From Rhodosorus marinus CCMP1338 (taxonomy: Eukaryota > Plantae > Rhodophyta), in contig JAMWBK010000010.1 of the NCBI GenBank assembly GCA_029953675.1, positions 1,550,001 to 1,614,000 on the forward strand: a stretch of 64,000 nucleotides of DNA, in the 5' to 3' direction. How positions within the stretch are numbered: the stretch's first letter is position 1; each line of letters starts with the position of its first letter. The position numbers and the translations under genes were made by a program. Of this stretch, positions 12,630 to 24,533 are shown one piece after another. Under the pieces are notes generated by a model. The model saw only the letters and a list, made by a program, of their open reading frames with translations. It made no database searches and had not been told where the DNA came from.

Positions 12630-13107
12630 ATGAGTTTCCAGACGCCGGACTTGGTGGATGAGTTCCCCGATGAGGTCGAGGTTGGATGGTCTATGCTTAA
12701 AGGTTTTGGAGGAATGAAAAGTTTTTATGGTGTAATTGAGACTATCAGCACTTGTCAAGATAATACTAAAGTGAATTTCTCGCTCTCCAAGAACGGCAAA
12801 GGACGTGTCCTGGTTGTGGACGGGAAGGCTTCGTTAGAATGTGCGCTACTCGGGCACAGACTAGTAAAACTTGGCGCTTGAGAATGGCTGGCAGGGAATT
12901 GTAGTCAACGGCTGTATCCGAGACTCAAAAATGTTTTCTAGTCTTCCTATTGGCGTCATGGGATTGGCAACCAGCCCTCGGAAAAGTTCAACGCTTGACC
13001 ATGGGGAATTCGGCCAGGAATTACAATTCGCAAACCTCAAATTCAGGGACGGCATGTGGCTGTACTGCGATGAGGACGGAATAATTACCTCAGAGCGCAA
13101 CCTCTAA
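12630..13107 (+). pseudogene. rraA: RraA-like / HMG-aldolase family gene with a +1 frameshift near 12872 (pseudogene or assembly error)
   Basis: Frame 1: MSFQTPDLVDEF...GRVLVVDGKASLECALLG. Frame 2: ALENGWQGIVVNGCIRD...GVMGLATSPRKS...LYCDEDGII. Removing one base in AAACTTGGCG fuses the two frames into a full-length RraA. Confidence 0.85.
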
Positions 13108-13289
13108 CAAGACTAGACAGTCCCCAAAGCGGTTTCTCGATGTGAGATGGATCCTACAACCAGAAGACCATCCCATCGAGAAACCAGGTCGGGGACCCTC
13201 TGTTTACGAGCTAGACATGGTAGTTGCAACTGCTCGCTTCGAGCCTCGGGCGCACACCAACCCAGGTGACGTAAGAGTTCCGAAGAGAC

Positions 13290-14200
13290 CCCCGATTGGC
13301 TTTCAAGAAGCTGAACGCAGCTTATGTGAAACTTTATGTTTCTGCCAAGTTTGCGAAACTAGTTTAAAAAGAACGTGAACATTGTCGGTTTAATAATCGG
13401 CAGCATTGTGTGCAGAAGCTCCAGGCGAGAAAATCGCTTCTTAAATCCAACCTCATCCAATGGGCCCTTGAAAGCAGCATGGCATGGCAAGTTAAAGCCG
13501 GCGCAGTCCACACCAGACTCGAACAAACCCTGGTCGACACGTTTGGTTGAACCTTCTGGCAAGCCCGCGGACGCGGACGCGCACAGTAATTGTTCTGTCT
13601 CGATCCGGTTAGACGCCGCTTATGCTCTTTCCCCACCAGTTGTGGAGGCCGGTTAAGACCGATGAGATCGCTATGAACAATGCGCTTTCGGACGCAGATT
13701 ACCACTCTGTGCGGTATTAACATAAACCCGTATTTACATGGATAACAGTACAGGGGTTTCAACGGAAGGGGGAACTCCTGTTTTATTTTGACCACTCTGC
13801 ATTCCCAGTCGTCTCCTAGCTACGGACAACGTCCCAACGGCGGGCCCTTTCGGGCATGAAGGCACAGACCAGCTGCTCAAACGCTAGTACTCCGGCCAAA
13901 CCTGACTCAAGACTGTCGACGCCGTGTAACTGCTTGTGATATCTGTCCCGGGAAAAAGCTGTACGACGAGGTTACGGGCCACATGGTGGCCCGTAACCGT
14001 TTCCCTGCTGAAGGCCATGGCGAGGTACTTCAACACCGCCACGGCCTTCGAGGACACCCTGTCGCGTCCCTTTGAAGGATTCAGGAGCAACTATCTGTCA
14101 CCTGCAGGTCGATCGGCTTTCTCTCCAAGCTGTGAGAAAGGATCTCTGGGAAGGGGCCACAGTTTTGATCGCTGTAGATTGACGCAAGATGTGGAGGTAG
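13290..14200 (+). mobile_element. Decayed Ty3/gypsy pol (end of RNase H, integrase zinc domain, start of integrase core)
   Basis: Across shifted frames, in pol order: PSGKPADADAHS (~13551, cf. PGK.N.VADALS), LCIP (13795), VPTAGPFGHEG (13831, cf. HD.P.AGH.G), PNLTQDCRRRVTACDIC (13896-13946, cf. WP.L..DV..YV..C..C), RPFE (14065), VLIAVD (14162). Confidence 0.7.
13970..13998. repeat. Perfect 13-bp inverted repeat with 3-nt loop
   Basis: GGTTACGGGCCAC-ATG-GTGGCCCGTAACC. Confidence 0.95.
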
Positions 14201-14389
14201 CCAGTTTAATATATGGTATGAGGAATAAGCTGACGACCTGGGTGTGTTTCGAATGATGGATGGGTCTCTGGATGCGTGGTTTGTCGGGAAATGCGTATTT
14301 GCTTTGTAAGCCCGGCGAAGGGCTTTCTTACTATCAGCTACAGCGGATCGACCTCAAACATATCGCGGAGAAAGTACAACCGGGTAGGG

Positions 14390-15186
14390 ATGAAGAGTAG
14401 GAAATCGAAGCACCTGGAGCAGCTTCTCGATACACTGAAGCTAGACTCAGAGGAGAAGGAAGTAGGAGCTACATGGAAACCACCACATGTTCTTGTTCTG
14501 GTTGGTATCCCGGGAGCGGGCAAAACTACATTTGCAAGTCGTCTGGTCGAAAGGGGATGGTGAGCTATCTCGTTGCAGAAAACCAATCACAAATAGGAAT
14601 ATACCAGTTGCGAATTGCCTTGTATTATCGCCTGTTTCGATTGACCTCCTCGGAGGCCAAACACTGATAGACTCTCAACATGCATCGTTAGGGTTCGAGT
14701 CTGCCAGGACGTGCTTGGAACCCGTACCAAATGTGAACGCGTAGCCACGTCGAGCATCATGGAAGGAAAAAACATTGTGATCGATCGTTGCAACTTTAAC
14801 CGCAAGCAAAGGGAGCCTTGGGTTCGTAAGAAACTTGCCCTCCGTTTGGATATCAAAACTTCCAGAAGTCGTCACGGGCGTTCTATCCCAGGAGCTAACG
14901 GAAGGCCAAACCGTCTGCTCTTGTTCTAGGCATAGCGGAAGCCGGTAAATGTCAAATCGGCACCGTGGTGTTCGCGCTGGCATGGGAGGCGTGCCTAGAG
15001 CGAGTGCTGGATCGAGCCTATCATGAGACCCTGACGCCAGAGAGAGCGGATAGTGTGATTCGAGGGATGGCTTCTGAAATGCATTTACCGAGGCAGGAGG
15101 AAGGGTTTGACTTTGGTCGGATCATCAGGACAAGAGACGATTTCGAAAGTGTTTTCGAAGAAGTCTGCAGCGAACAGGCACGATAG
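14390..15186 (+). CDS. P-loop kinase-like (AAA_33) protein, similar to the N-terminal domain of plant bHLH140/aprataxin-like proteins
   Basis: VLVLVGIPGAGKTTFA (Walker A), RICQDVLGTRTKC, EGKNIVIDRCNFNRKQR, CLERVLDRAYHETL, LPRQEEGF; exons separated by GT-AG introns. Confidence 0.8.
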
Positions 15187-15420
15187 CCATCAGCTCTCTC
15201 GTCTTCTGTAACGGGCCTAGAGTACAGCCCCGCTCCAGAAGACCTACGAGAATACGTCAGCTACACGAGGCCAAAGGGCCGCGATCTCCTTTATGACTGC
15301 TGGGCGAACTTGCTTGGGTGAATTTCAAGAATCCGGTTGTTGACTGGCGGGACCGAGGAGTTCTCTCAAGGGCAGGAGAATCGGATTTCTCAGAAGGTTA
15401 TGTTAATTTTTTTTGGGCTT

Positions 15421-16987
15421 CTACGTTAGCTTGGTCACAGTTTGTGGGCGAGGTTCGGAGTTAATACTATTGTCCCTGTTGCAGTTAATAAAGTCTGCAA
15501 CGGATTGGAAGAATCCCTCAATCCTCCAGGTATTGTTATGTGTACCGCCAGGAAAGCGAACCAGCTGCTTCTGCTCTGATGCACTTGCTTCAAAAAGTTG
15601 GCTCATCATGTTTGGCGGGACGAACTCGTCTTCCTCACCGGATAGGAAGAGAAGAGGAAGCTTCATACCTCCAACTCGCTTGAGCGAGAGCCACTTGTTC
15701 CTGGAGAGTAGCCGCAGAGGATCCTGCCAGAAGGAAGACATGAAGTGAAAATGATGCTCAGATGAAGCCCAGAGGCAGAGTCTTTGCTGGATACCGATAC
15801 AGATTACCGTGCGCCGCGGTCAAACGGAGAGGCAAACAAGCTCGGAGGGACTAGTCCAGTGCTGTCTCTGGATCTGAATACTCACCAGTAACGGGTGGAC
15901 ATATTTTATCATGTCAATAAGCGAAGTAAATGTATTCTCCAGAATAAGTCCACGAATATCGCCTTCGAACTTCTCCGTGAAATACAAAGCGACTGCACCA
16001 CCGAGAGATTCACCGTATACCCAGAGATTTTTCTGGTCGATGTCCGTTCGCGACCTAATGTAGGTCATGTTGGTCTCCGCATCTGTGCACATTCCCTTCT
16101 CAGAAGGCCTGCCCATGGATTCACCGTAACCTGAGCAGCACAAACGCGCGATGGTCAGATTCCCAGGGACACAACACCCGGCTTGGAGCGCAGTACCCTA
16201 CCCCTGTACGAAATCAGTAATATGTTGCATTCCACTGCACGATACAGTTCCGCTGCCTTTCTAAGGCGAAAGGACGCATTTTTGTCCGTCCCATGGAAAT
16301 ATATCACGGTTGCCACTCTGCTTGTGTCCTGCCCGTTCTTGATGAACCAACCAGAAATCGCTACCTTGTCACTGGTCACGACGTTAACGTCCTCAAAATC
16401 CATCCCAAATCTCTGTTGTTTGGGAAGGGAAAGAAGGCACAGATTTTAGTAACAGGAGGTACACTACGGGAGGGACAAGTACAGTGCTTCGGAGGGGTAG
16501 GCTGGTAGCCCCCTTGCCATCGCAAATTCTCATTCTTGCTTAGAACTAGGTGGCAACTTACTCCTGGATTTCCTTTGTTCAACGACGACGGCCAGTACAC
16601 CAGTTTGTCTTGAATAATATACAGGCCTAAAATAGATAACGCGATCGTTGTAAGAGTCCCACCAGCAATGGCTTTGGTGGCGATCCCCCATCGAACCAAG
16701 TCCCGTGCGGACAGAGAGTGTTTCGAGCGCGTGACATCAGGCTCAACGGCACCCTCGGTCGCGATCTTAGAATCGACGTACGCAACCTGTTCAACACGAT
16801 GTGTGGGCCCCCCAAGCAACGGTCCTGGAAGGGAGTCACTGGGTAGAACAGATCCCAACGAAAAAAGGGACGCTCCAGCTACCAGAATTGAAGAGGAACT
16901 CAAGGAACAAACGCAGCTTGCAGAGTTCCGCCGGGACCGCGTTGTTGTCAAGATGACATTTCCAGTCGATACAAAACAGGCGTCCAT
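15421..16987 (-). CDS. ABHD13: ABHD13/BEM46-like alpha/beta hydrolase with N-terminal TM helix (start uncertain)
   Basis: TM then QDKLVYWP; VIYFHG; ISYR|GYGESMGRPSEKG; WVYGESLGGAVA (nucleophile); LILENTFTS; LFLSGEEDEFVPP (Asp); FPGGTHN (His). Confidence 0.9.
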
Positions 16988-18439
16988 GGGTACCGAACCC
17001 ACGAAGATACCGAGGAGCGGAATTATCGTCGTGGCTTCAGGAAGATAGAGCACCCCACGCACTCTGCAGCTCGACTTCCCGATCCAACGTGATATCAAAC
17101 TGGTGCCAAAGATCACCGATCAAACAACCCCATCAGTGCCCACTCCAAAGCACGAATTCTAACCTCCTGCCACACCACCAACCAGAAACGCAAAACACGT
17201 GACCAGCAGGGAAAGAACAGCTTCTTCAAAAAAAGCCTTACTACAGTATTCAGCTTCCGCGTTCGGGCCCCTCGGACCTTTACCCTTCAGGATTTACCCT
17301 CCCGCAAGCCCCCCTCCTTACCTACCAGGCAATGTTCATAAATTCCTCATCAGCCCCTGACCTGTCCAGTCCTATAACCTCCCAATCCCCCCACATGCAG
17401 TCGTCTTCCTCCGCAAATGTGAATCGTCATGCATAGGTTAAGTCCGCAAATTGTCGTGTTTTTTTGTTTTGTTCAGTTATTAGAAGCCATTTACCACATC
17501 GTCTTCCCAACAGGGGAACCTTCCAGTTGACACCCCGCCATTCAAGCCGAAATTAACATTTGTCTAACGACATTTTAGTCAGGACTGTTCTTTTCTGGCT
17601 CGTCTCTCATGAGGTACCCCGAAAAAAAAAAGGGAGTTCCTTACCTTTTTTTTTTGGTTTACAATAGAGACTCGTTCCATCACGCTTTTTAAAATAGAAA
17701 TATCATGATAGAGCTTGTTTTTATAGATAAATAGGGTTTGGGCGGGGCCATAATCTTGTATTATAAATATATTGATTTCTGAGGGCGGAAATATTTCTTC
17801 AATTCTAACTAGCCGATGTGTTGATTTTTATTTGTTTTAAGTGATAAATGATTGACTTTCAAACGGATTTTCATTTTGAGGGGGAAAACCGATTGCCATT
17901 TGTTTGCTTTAAGTTTGGAGGCGGTAAGAGATCTTTGAGCTCCAAAATTTTTTGCCCTCCAAATGATTGTAAAACATGCTAATCAATTTATTCGAGAACT
18001 GTTACCCCTAAGAAGTCGAATCCGTTTCCGATAGAGCAATTTTGTCCTCTAAGAGTACCCCCCTTCTCAAAAAATATAGTCTGAATTGGGAGCTGTTGGC
18101 TGGATGTTATTTTTGAAAGAAAAAGTATCGATTGCGAAAATGAATGGATGTGAGGAGTAGTCCGGCACCGCAGATCAATCACTATTTGCCGCGAGGTCCT
18201 GTCTTCAGAGGACACAATGAATGACGATGGAGGCATCTACCTGCCCCGCCGCAAAACTACGCTCAGGTTCTTTTAATGAAGTCAGCACCAACCAGGGCAC
18301 GTCAATCGCTCCAATGTTATGTTAATGAAACCGGATAGCAGTCTAGAATTGGGCATGGGCCGCCTTGAATATCTGGTTGGCATAAGCGGGCACCAAGATC
18401 ACAGCTCCAGAGAGATGCGTAACTAGTAGGCTTCTTAAT

Positions 18440-19065
18440 TTAGGCGGGAGAGAAAGTTAGAGCAGCTCCATTGACGCAGTAGCGTAAGCGTGTCGGCTTT
18501 GGTCCGTCTCTGAAGACGTGACCGATGTGACCTTTCCGTAAACAAAAGAACAATCGAAATTACGTTCACTCAGAACCAATCCGTGAAGGAGGAAATGAGA
18601 CTACTGCTTACCATCGCACACCCCACATCGCACTTCGGTACCACCCAAAATGAAGTCTTGGGCAGCTGGCTTGTGCACCACACTTCTATAAGCGTCATAG
18701 AAGGAGGGCCAGCCAGTACCAGAATCGAACTTTGTCTCAGAGCTAAAAAGTTTTGTCTGACATCCCCGACAGGAGTACAGTCCCTTTCGGTACTCCTTGT
18801 TCAGTGGTGATGTGTTCGATCTCTCTGTGCGGTGCTTTCGCAACACATAGAACGCGTCTGGCGGAAGTTCTTCCCACCACTCCTCATCCGTTTTCCGTAC
18901 ATACCTTCCCTCCGCGTGAGCACTTCCCACGGGGCTTGTCGCAATAAGAATAGCTGGAGCAGCGACCTTAACTATTCTAAGAAACTCACGCCTTGAGGTA
19001 GCCTTTTTGCCACCGCCTGCTCGAGAGCCACCACTCCCAGAAGCATAAACTGCAAACGCGCTCAT
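18440..19065 (-). CDS. msrB: Methionine-R-sulfoxide reductase B, 1-Cys type, with bipartite plastid + Tat-like signal (one intron)
   Basis: [36 protein letters not shown]|[23 protein letters not shown]-terminus MSAFAV...TSRREFL...hydrophobic...SAHA|E. An upstream in-frame ATG exists at 19128. Confidence 0.93.
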
Positions 19066-20017
19066 CTCCGCAACCCTATAGCTACGCAGAGCCTTCAAAC
19101 AACCATCCAATACTTCTGCGGTCGCCATCCCGCCCCACGCACGATGAGCTCAAATTAAAGAATTCTTATTCTGTGCGTTCCCAAGTACAAAACCCACCTC
19201 GACATACCGCCTGCCGGAACACACTACTAGGAAACGCAACGTACCACCAATTCCGCGACTAGTGGTTTTTGGACACGCCCAATTCGATGTCACAAATCGT
19301 TTTCTAAAATAATTATGGGGATCTCAAGTTCAGGGGAAAATCGGCAAAGCGGGCGGAGCCCTGCGAGTGGGTGCGGGAGGCAGGGTTTAGAGAGCATGCC
19401 AGTCGAATGGGAATATAGTAGCGTACTGATGATAGTGACACGGTCTAAAAAATTCCCTTTGAGACACTTCTATGGGACCCTGTCGCAGCCCACTATGAGA
19501 AGGCTCTCGAATGCTCAGGCCCTAGCTCGTCGGGGATACCCACTGGTGCTTTGCCGGGGACGTGATTCAAGTACTCACGCGAGAACCATTCGCCCTAGCT
19601 ACAGTCGATCAGAAGCGGTGAACTATGTAGCAGTGACCGGTCACACCGGACCGTCTATACTAGCGCTACTCAGTTTGCGGGTTCACTCCAGAAGTGACCT
19701 ACCAACCCTTCCTGCAGAGCTACGGCAGATTAGCGGCTCAGCAATGGTTGCTGTAGCCTGCGAATTGCGAGTTGTAGAGCTTTCGAAAAGGCCATGTAGC
19801 TGTGTGCAGTCAAAATTGTGAAACACATCCGTGAGATGTCAACTTTATAGTACACGGTGTTAACAACTAGGGCCGCCTAATTTCGTGAGACCCAAACTAA
19901 CCTCTATGTCCTTAATAGACCTGGCTAGTGAAAAACTCCAGTTAAAAAGATTAAATTAATATAGGCCCAGCACGCTGGGGCTCATTTTGGCTCGCATAAC
20001 GGAGAGCATTGAGTACT

Positions 20018-20646
20018 CTAAGTGGCAACTCCAGCAACGAGTTCATTATCGATCTTCCTTTCGTGTTTTCTCCTCATGTGGGTGAGAAGGTTTCCCCTTT
20101 CCCCATAGCATGATCCACAGAAACGGCACTTGTATGGTCGCTTCTTCTCATGCACTGTTTGAATATGTCGATGGAGATTGTTCTTCCTCCCAAACTTTGC
20201 ATGGCACACCTCGCATGTGAAGTTCTTCTTCTGCTCGTGTACAGTGTCCATGTGTGCCAGCAAGTTGTTCTTCTCGGCAAATAGAACGTCGCAACGCATG
20301 CACTGATAGGGTCGCCTCTTTTCATGCACTGCACGGCGATGCCTTTCGCAAATCGAGATAATTACAGTGCGAGCGTGAGTCATTGAACATCTTGCAACCT
20401 TCCAAATTAGCCAATTCTGACATACCTTCGCAATCGATTCCTCTGCTTGAACTGCAGCCCACAAATAGTACAGCAGGGAGCTTGAGAGCTGGATGCGTGC
20501 TCATTTACAACGTGCTCGCGCAACAGGTTCATGCTGTCGAACTTGAAGTCACAGACGAGGCAGGGCAACAAGCTTTCCGCTTCATCGTGCAGTATCGACG
20601 CAACGGAGAACGATTTCTCTGACAAGTCTGATGAGGTCTGAGACAT
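20018..20646 (-). CDS. C2H2 zinc-finger protein (about 5 fingers; 5' end uncertain)
   Basis: CLVC..H..EH, CTIC, CMRC..HMDTVH, CEVC..HIQTVH and CRFC..HMRRKH, with VHEKRRPY/VHEKKRPY linkers; one intron between ORFs 20407..20682 and 20018..20464. Confidence 0.9.
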
Positions 20647-22199
20647 AGCACCTGTTCGCTCTTGATTACCACACCGGACCACAGCACGCGACCACTCCCG
20701 CTACTCCGGTACCCGCCTCCACGTCATCCCCCTCACCATGAGGAGTTCGGAAATGGGCCGGCCATTTGTAGGTGTGCTCGTGCTCGTTGAATAATATATC
20801 ATTCCTCCATCCCTTTGCAGTCACAGTAGAATCCGCTTGAGAGGGTCCAGTTGATTTGGATCTGCGGCAGTGCTCGTTTTTTTGGTTGTTTTGGTCATCA
20901 CACTAAGCAAGGCGCTCTCCAGCACCATCACAGTGTTCAGAAAGCAGCAACAATAGAATAAGCTATTTTTAATGATATTTAAAGGGAGGCAACTATTTTT
21001 TTTTTTCAGACCTTGTGAGGAAATTGTGAACAGTCCTAATTTACTCGAGGACGCGGAATTTGCACCCCCCCCCTTTTTCTAAACGTCATTCCCCAGCGCA
21101 GTGCTAGCACTCACCTTCGTTCTGTCCGAAAGTAATCGCAAAACAGGATGACCGGTGGGTGACATAAACCTTGGCTTTAACCGGTTGATAGCGTTAGTGG
21201 CAGTCTATTCCTCAGCAATTATTATTTGGTTGTTTTTTAAGGTTCGGTTGTGACTACATGACTAGAAAGCACTTAGTACTTTACCACTAGCCATGGATTT
21301 TTGTTGGGCCTTATCCTGCGGTCAATGCAGACATGGCTGTGGCAGTGTACAAATAAAAGAAAGTTCTATGTTTTGGGGCCAGTCCACTTTCGTGTACCCA
21401 TTTTTATTCTCCATTGACATACTTCGGTTTTTGCACGAAGGCAAACCCCCAGCAAAAAACTCTGGTTGATTTCGGCTATGGTCTTGTTTTCAATAGCTTG
21501 GATGCTGCTGGAAACTAGAGCCTTCTCCTTTTAACCGAAAACTGACGACAGGATCAGGGCACGGCTTGCGCTCCCCCGACTACATTGTGTATTCTGGTCG
21601 GTACCTGTTCTAAAAGTTTGCATTTTTCACTTTTCGCACAAAGCAAGCTCTTGTGTGTGTTTGGGCCGGGGACAAACTGCCACTCAAATGTTAGTGTTGA
21701 GCGACGCTATTTGACGTCTCTCACTTCGTGCCGACTTGCTCGCTCTTTCGCTCGCCACGTGTTCAGTGCATTTTTTGGAACCCGTAAAAAGTTGACAAGA
21801 AAATTACAACATTCTTGAAGGCAAAACAAATATTTCGAAAATATTTGTTGGCCTTCGCGTATGAATGTACACGTTCTCAAAGGACCCCACAAGATAGCCT
21901 GGTTCTGATTGGAAACAGCGGAAATCATTCAATCGGCTGGATTGTGAGGTGGAGTCATCTTCTGTCACCCATACAAGAGTTCAAGCGTTGAGGAAGTTCC
22001 AACGGCACGACCTTCACCGCCCCCCCCCAAAAAACCGTTAATTATCCACTTCGTGCCTGAGCAAGAAGCCGGGAACAGCAGACGCTTTCTCACCCCCCCA
22101 ACTCTTGGCAGAACCCGGTGAGCGGTTCTTCCACGCTCTCCTAGCCCATACCTCCTAATACTTGCGTAGGGAAGTTTTCTGGAGCTGCGGGTTGGCCGC

Positions 22200-23594
22200 A
22201 TTGAATTGAGCAAGGGACTGGTGCTGGTCAGCGCTGAAAACCTATTCGCTTGTCATCAACAAAGGAACGCAAACCGATAGGATTACTGGATTGGGCTTGT
22301 CTCCCCTTTGCCGGAGCTTGAAGGAGGTGCACAACGTGATGACAAGTATTTACATAGCTCGATTTCCAGTAGTCATATTTGAGTAGCCAGAGAACTGCTG
22401 GTTCAAGAGCTGGAGTCACAATCTAAGACTCACCACATTTTGAAAAAAGTTGTTTACAGGAAGGAGCGGAATACACTCGACGCCTATATTGACTACTTGT
22501 TCGTTAGTCTGTGCTGAGGAGCACGACTTTGAACCACGTCCAATAGAAGCCTTGGGCAAAATCTTAGTTGTCTGAACTTTTCCACATCGACACCGCGCGG
22601 GAAAGCCATCTCTCCAGAGTGTGATCAGAGGCTGGCGATGTGACTCACAATGAAGGATCCACTGTGCTTCGTTGAAGCGATTGATGCAGGAGTGATGAAA
22701 TTTGAAAACAAACCGTTCAAGCTCTGTTTGGGATTCTAGAAATACTCTCTTGGCTGGGATCAATCTGAACGACCCACCGGGAACGCGTTGATCTCTTCCG
22801 TTTCCTAAGAACGCACGACCTGCGTTTTGAATTGTAAAAAACTGGAGTTCGAGGAAGTTCACTACTTTTTCAAGGGGGCGAATATTTTATTTTCAATTGC
22901 GGGATGATTTTGTACTCCCCCTCCCAAGCCGGCGAGTGGATGACGGTGAACGAGCACTTTCGTTTTGATATAAACAATGAAATATTATCAAAGAAATTTA
23001 TAACCCGAAAAATCGCCGGCGTTTTTGATCGCCACTTGTATGCTTCCGATGAGTTTGTCACAGCCTCCTCTAGACTTTAGCCCAATAGTAAATGCTATTG
23101 CAACAACTGAACCGGCGCGACTGTAGTATTTTCCATGAAATTATACTCGAAGTTGCTTTCTTGAAGGACGTCTCCCCCCCGGGGGTTGAAATGCGACTCA
23201 TGCGGAGCAAAATAAGTTGTGACGACTTGCCTTTCCAATACGCAGATTTTTTTAGAACGTTTTCTATGCCCCTTGGATACAGTCTTGTTCGAGGGTAGGC
23301 TCGATTTTTTGAGAAATTGGAAGCGTAGTAGCGGGGAGCGTGGCTAAAATGACCGTGGCTGAGCTGGCAGCTCGCGCAGCTACCGTCGACGTCTTTCTGC
23401 TGGTTCTTTGTGTGACGCCCACCTTCATTGCTAAGAAACAATAAATTCCAAGCCTTATCTAGTCTTCCCTTGTGCTGGTAAATGTACTGCAGAAATTTTT
23501 TTCTTACGGCGAGTAAAGTTTCAAGTAAATTTTCTGTTTCCACACTCTTCATTTTAGCACGGTGATTCTTACGCCGTAGTTTGTCCAGAAACAA
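22200..23594 (-). mobile_element. Probable decayed MULE/SWIM-type transposase
   Basis: Long interrupted frames with VTNSSEAY..RSK (~23061, cf. the TNN.SES..K catalytic-Glu motif) followed by RCRCGKVQTTKILPKA (~22550-22595, a degenerate SWIM CxC...CxH). Confidence 0.4.
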
Positions 23595-24486
23595 GATTCA
23601 TCTTTTATTTAGAGACAGGAATGTGGAGAACAGTGCCATTTACGAGTGTCTTCACTGTTTACTCGATCCCATGCGTCGGGCGATGCGTGACAACCCGGAA
23701 AAGCGAGGAACCATCCGCATACGTTGATTGGACTGAACCATCTCTCCTCCTCCTCCTAGGAAAATCCGGGGTGTGGGTACCCATTCCTGCTCGTCAAAAA
23801 CCCAGAACGCCTTCGAAGGGCCATGAATTAGGTTAACGCAGCTTTCAAGACTCAGCGGTGAGCGAACATTTTAAATTTTTTCGAATAGCGTACAAACCGC
23901 CAAAGATTTGCCAAGAAGCTTGGTCCTGGAAAAGAAATGCTGAGTAGTGTCCATCTCGGACGGTCTTCCGCGCATCATTCCGTACCCAAAAGTGGGGTGA
24001 TGTTCGCATGTTTCGCCTCCAGCAGCTTTTGGCGCAACACTTGGTGGCTGGGTGATCCTGGGTGGCAATCTACAGCGCACGTCAATCGACGCTTACGCAT
24101 CTATATTGGTAGTCCCGAGAATTGTTAAACAAACCTTTCAACTGTCGGGGGTGGAGCGATGCTCGTTGCATAGATTCGCAACACCGTCATCTCTGTGGCT
24201 CCTCCGGTTAGTAGTCTACCTTAGCCTCCGATTAATACGACTGAATGATTATCCTGTCACTACAGTCTCCCCAATTCTAGTTTTGTCGTGCTCCGTTTAT
24301 GCGCCAACCATCAAGATCCAACCTTTTGCGCTCGGCTCTCGAGAAAAGCGGCAGGACGACAATAGAGACGCCCTCCACTTGCTATCCTCCTTCGGGTAGA
24401 GTCTATCTCATCATCATGCATATAAAACTACTGATACCTATCCATCCTAACTTTGTTGTGTGTTTCCGTTAATCCGCTTAATCCAC

Positions 24487-24533
24487 GGAAGTGCGTGAGC
24501 TGTGCCTCGGCCGGGCACAGCTCACGCACTTCC
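24487..24533. repeat. Perfect 20-bp inverted repeat with 7-nt loop
   Basis: GGAAGTGCGTGAGCTGTGCC-TCGGCCG-GGCACAGCTCACGCACTTCC. Confidence 0.97.

Noticed and set aside
13215-13260. tRNA-like 3' end (TTCGAG...CACCA)
   Set aside because: No T-stem or acceptor-stem pairing can be formed, and it borders the gypsy relic.
19315-19821. 168-aa ORF upstream of msrB
   Set aside because: No recognisable motif, composition not gene-like, and no splice context; probably spurious or decayed.
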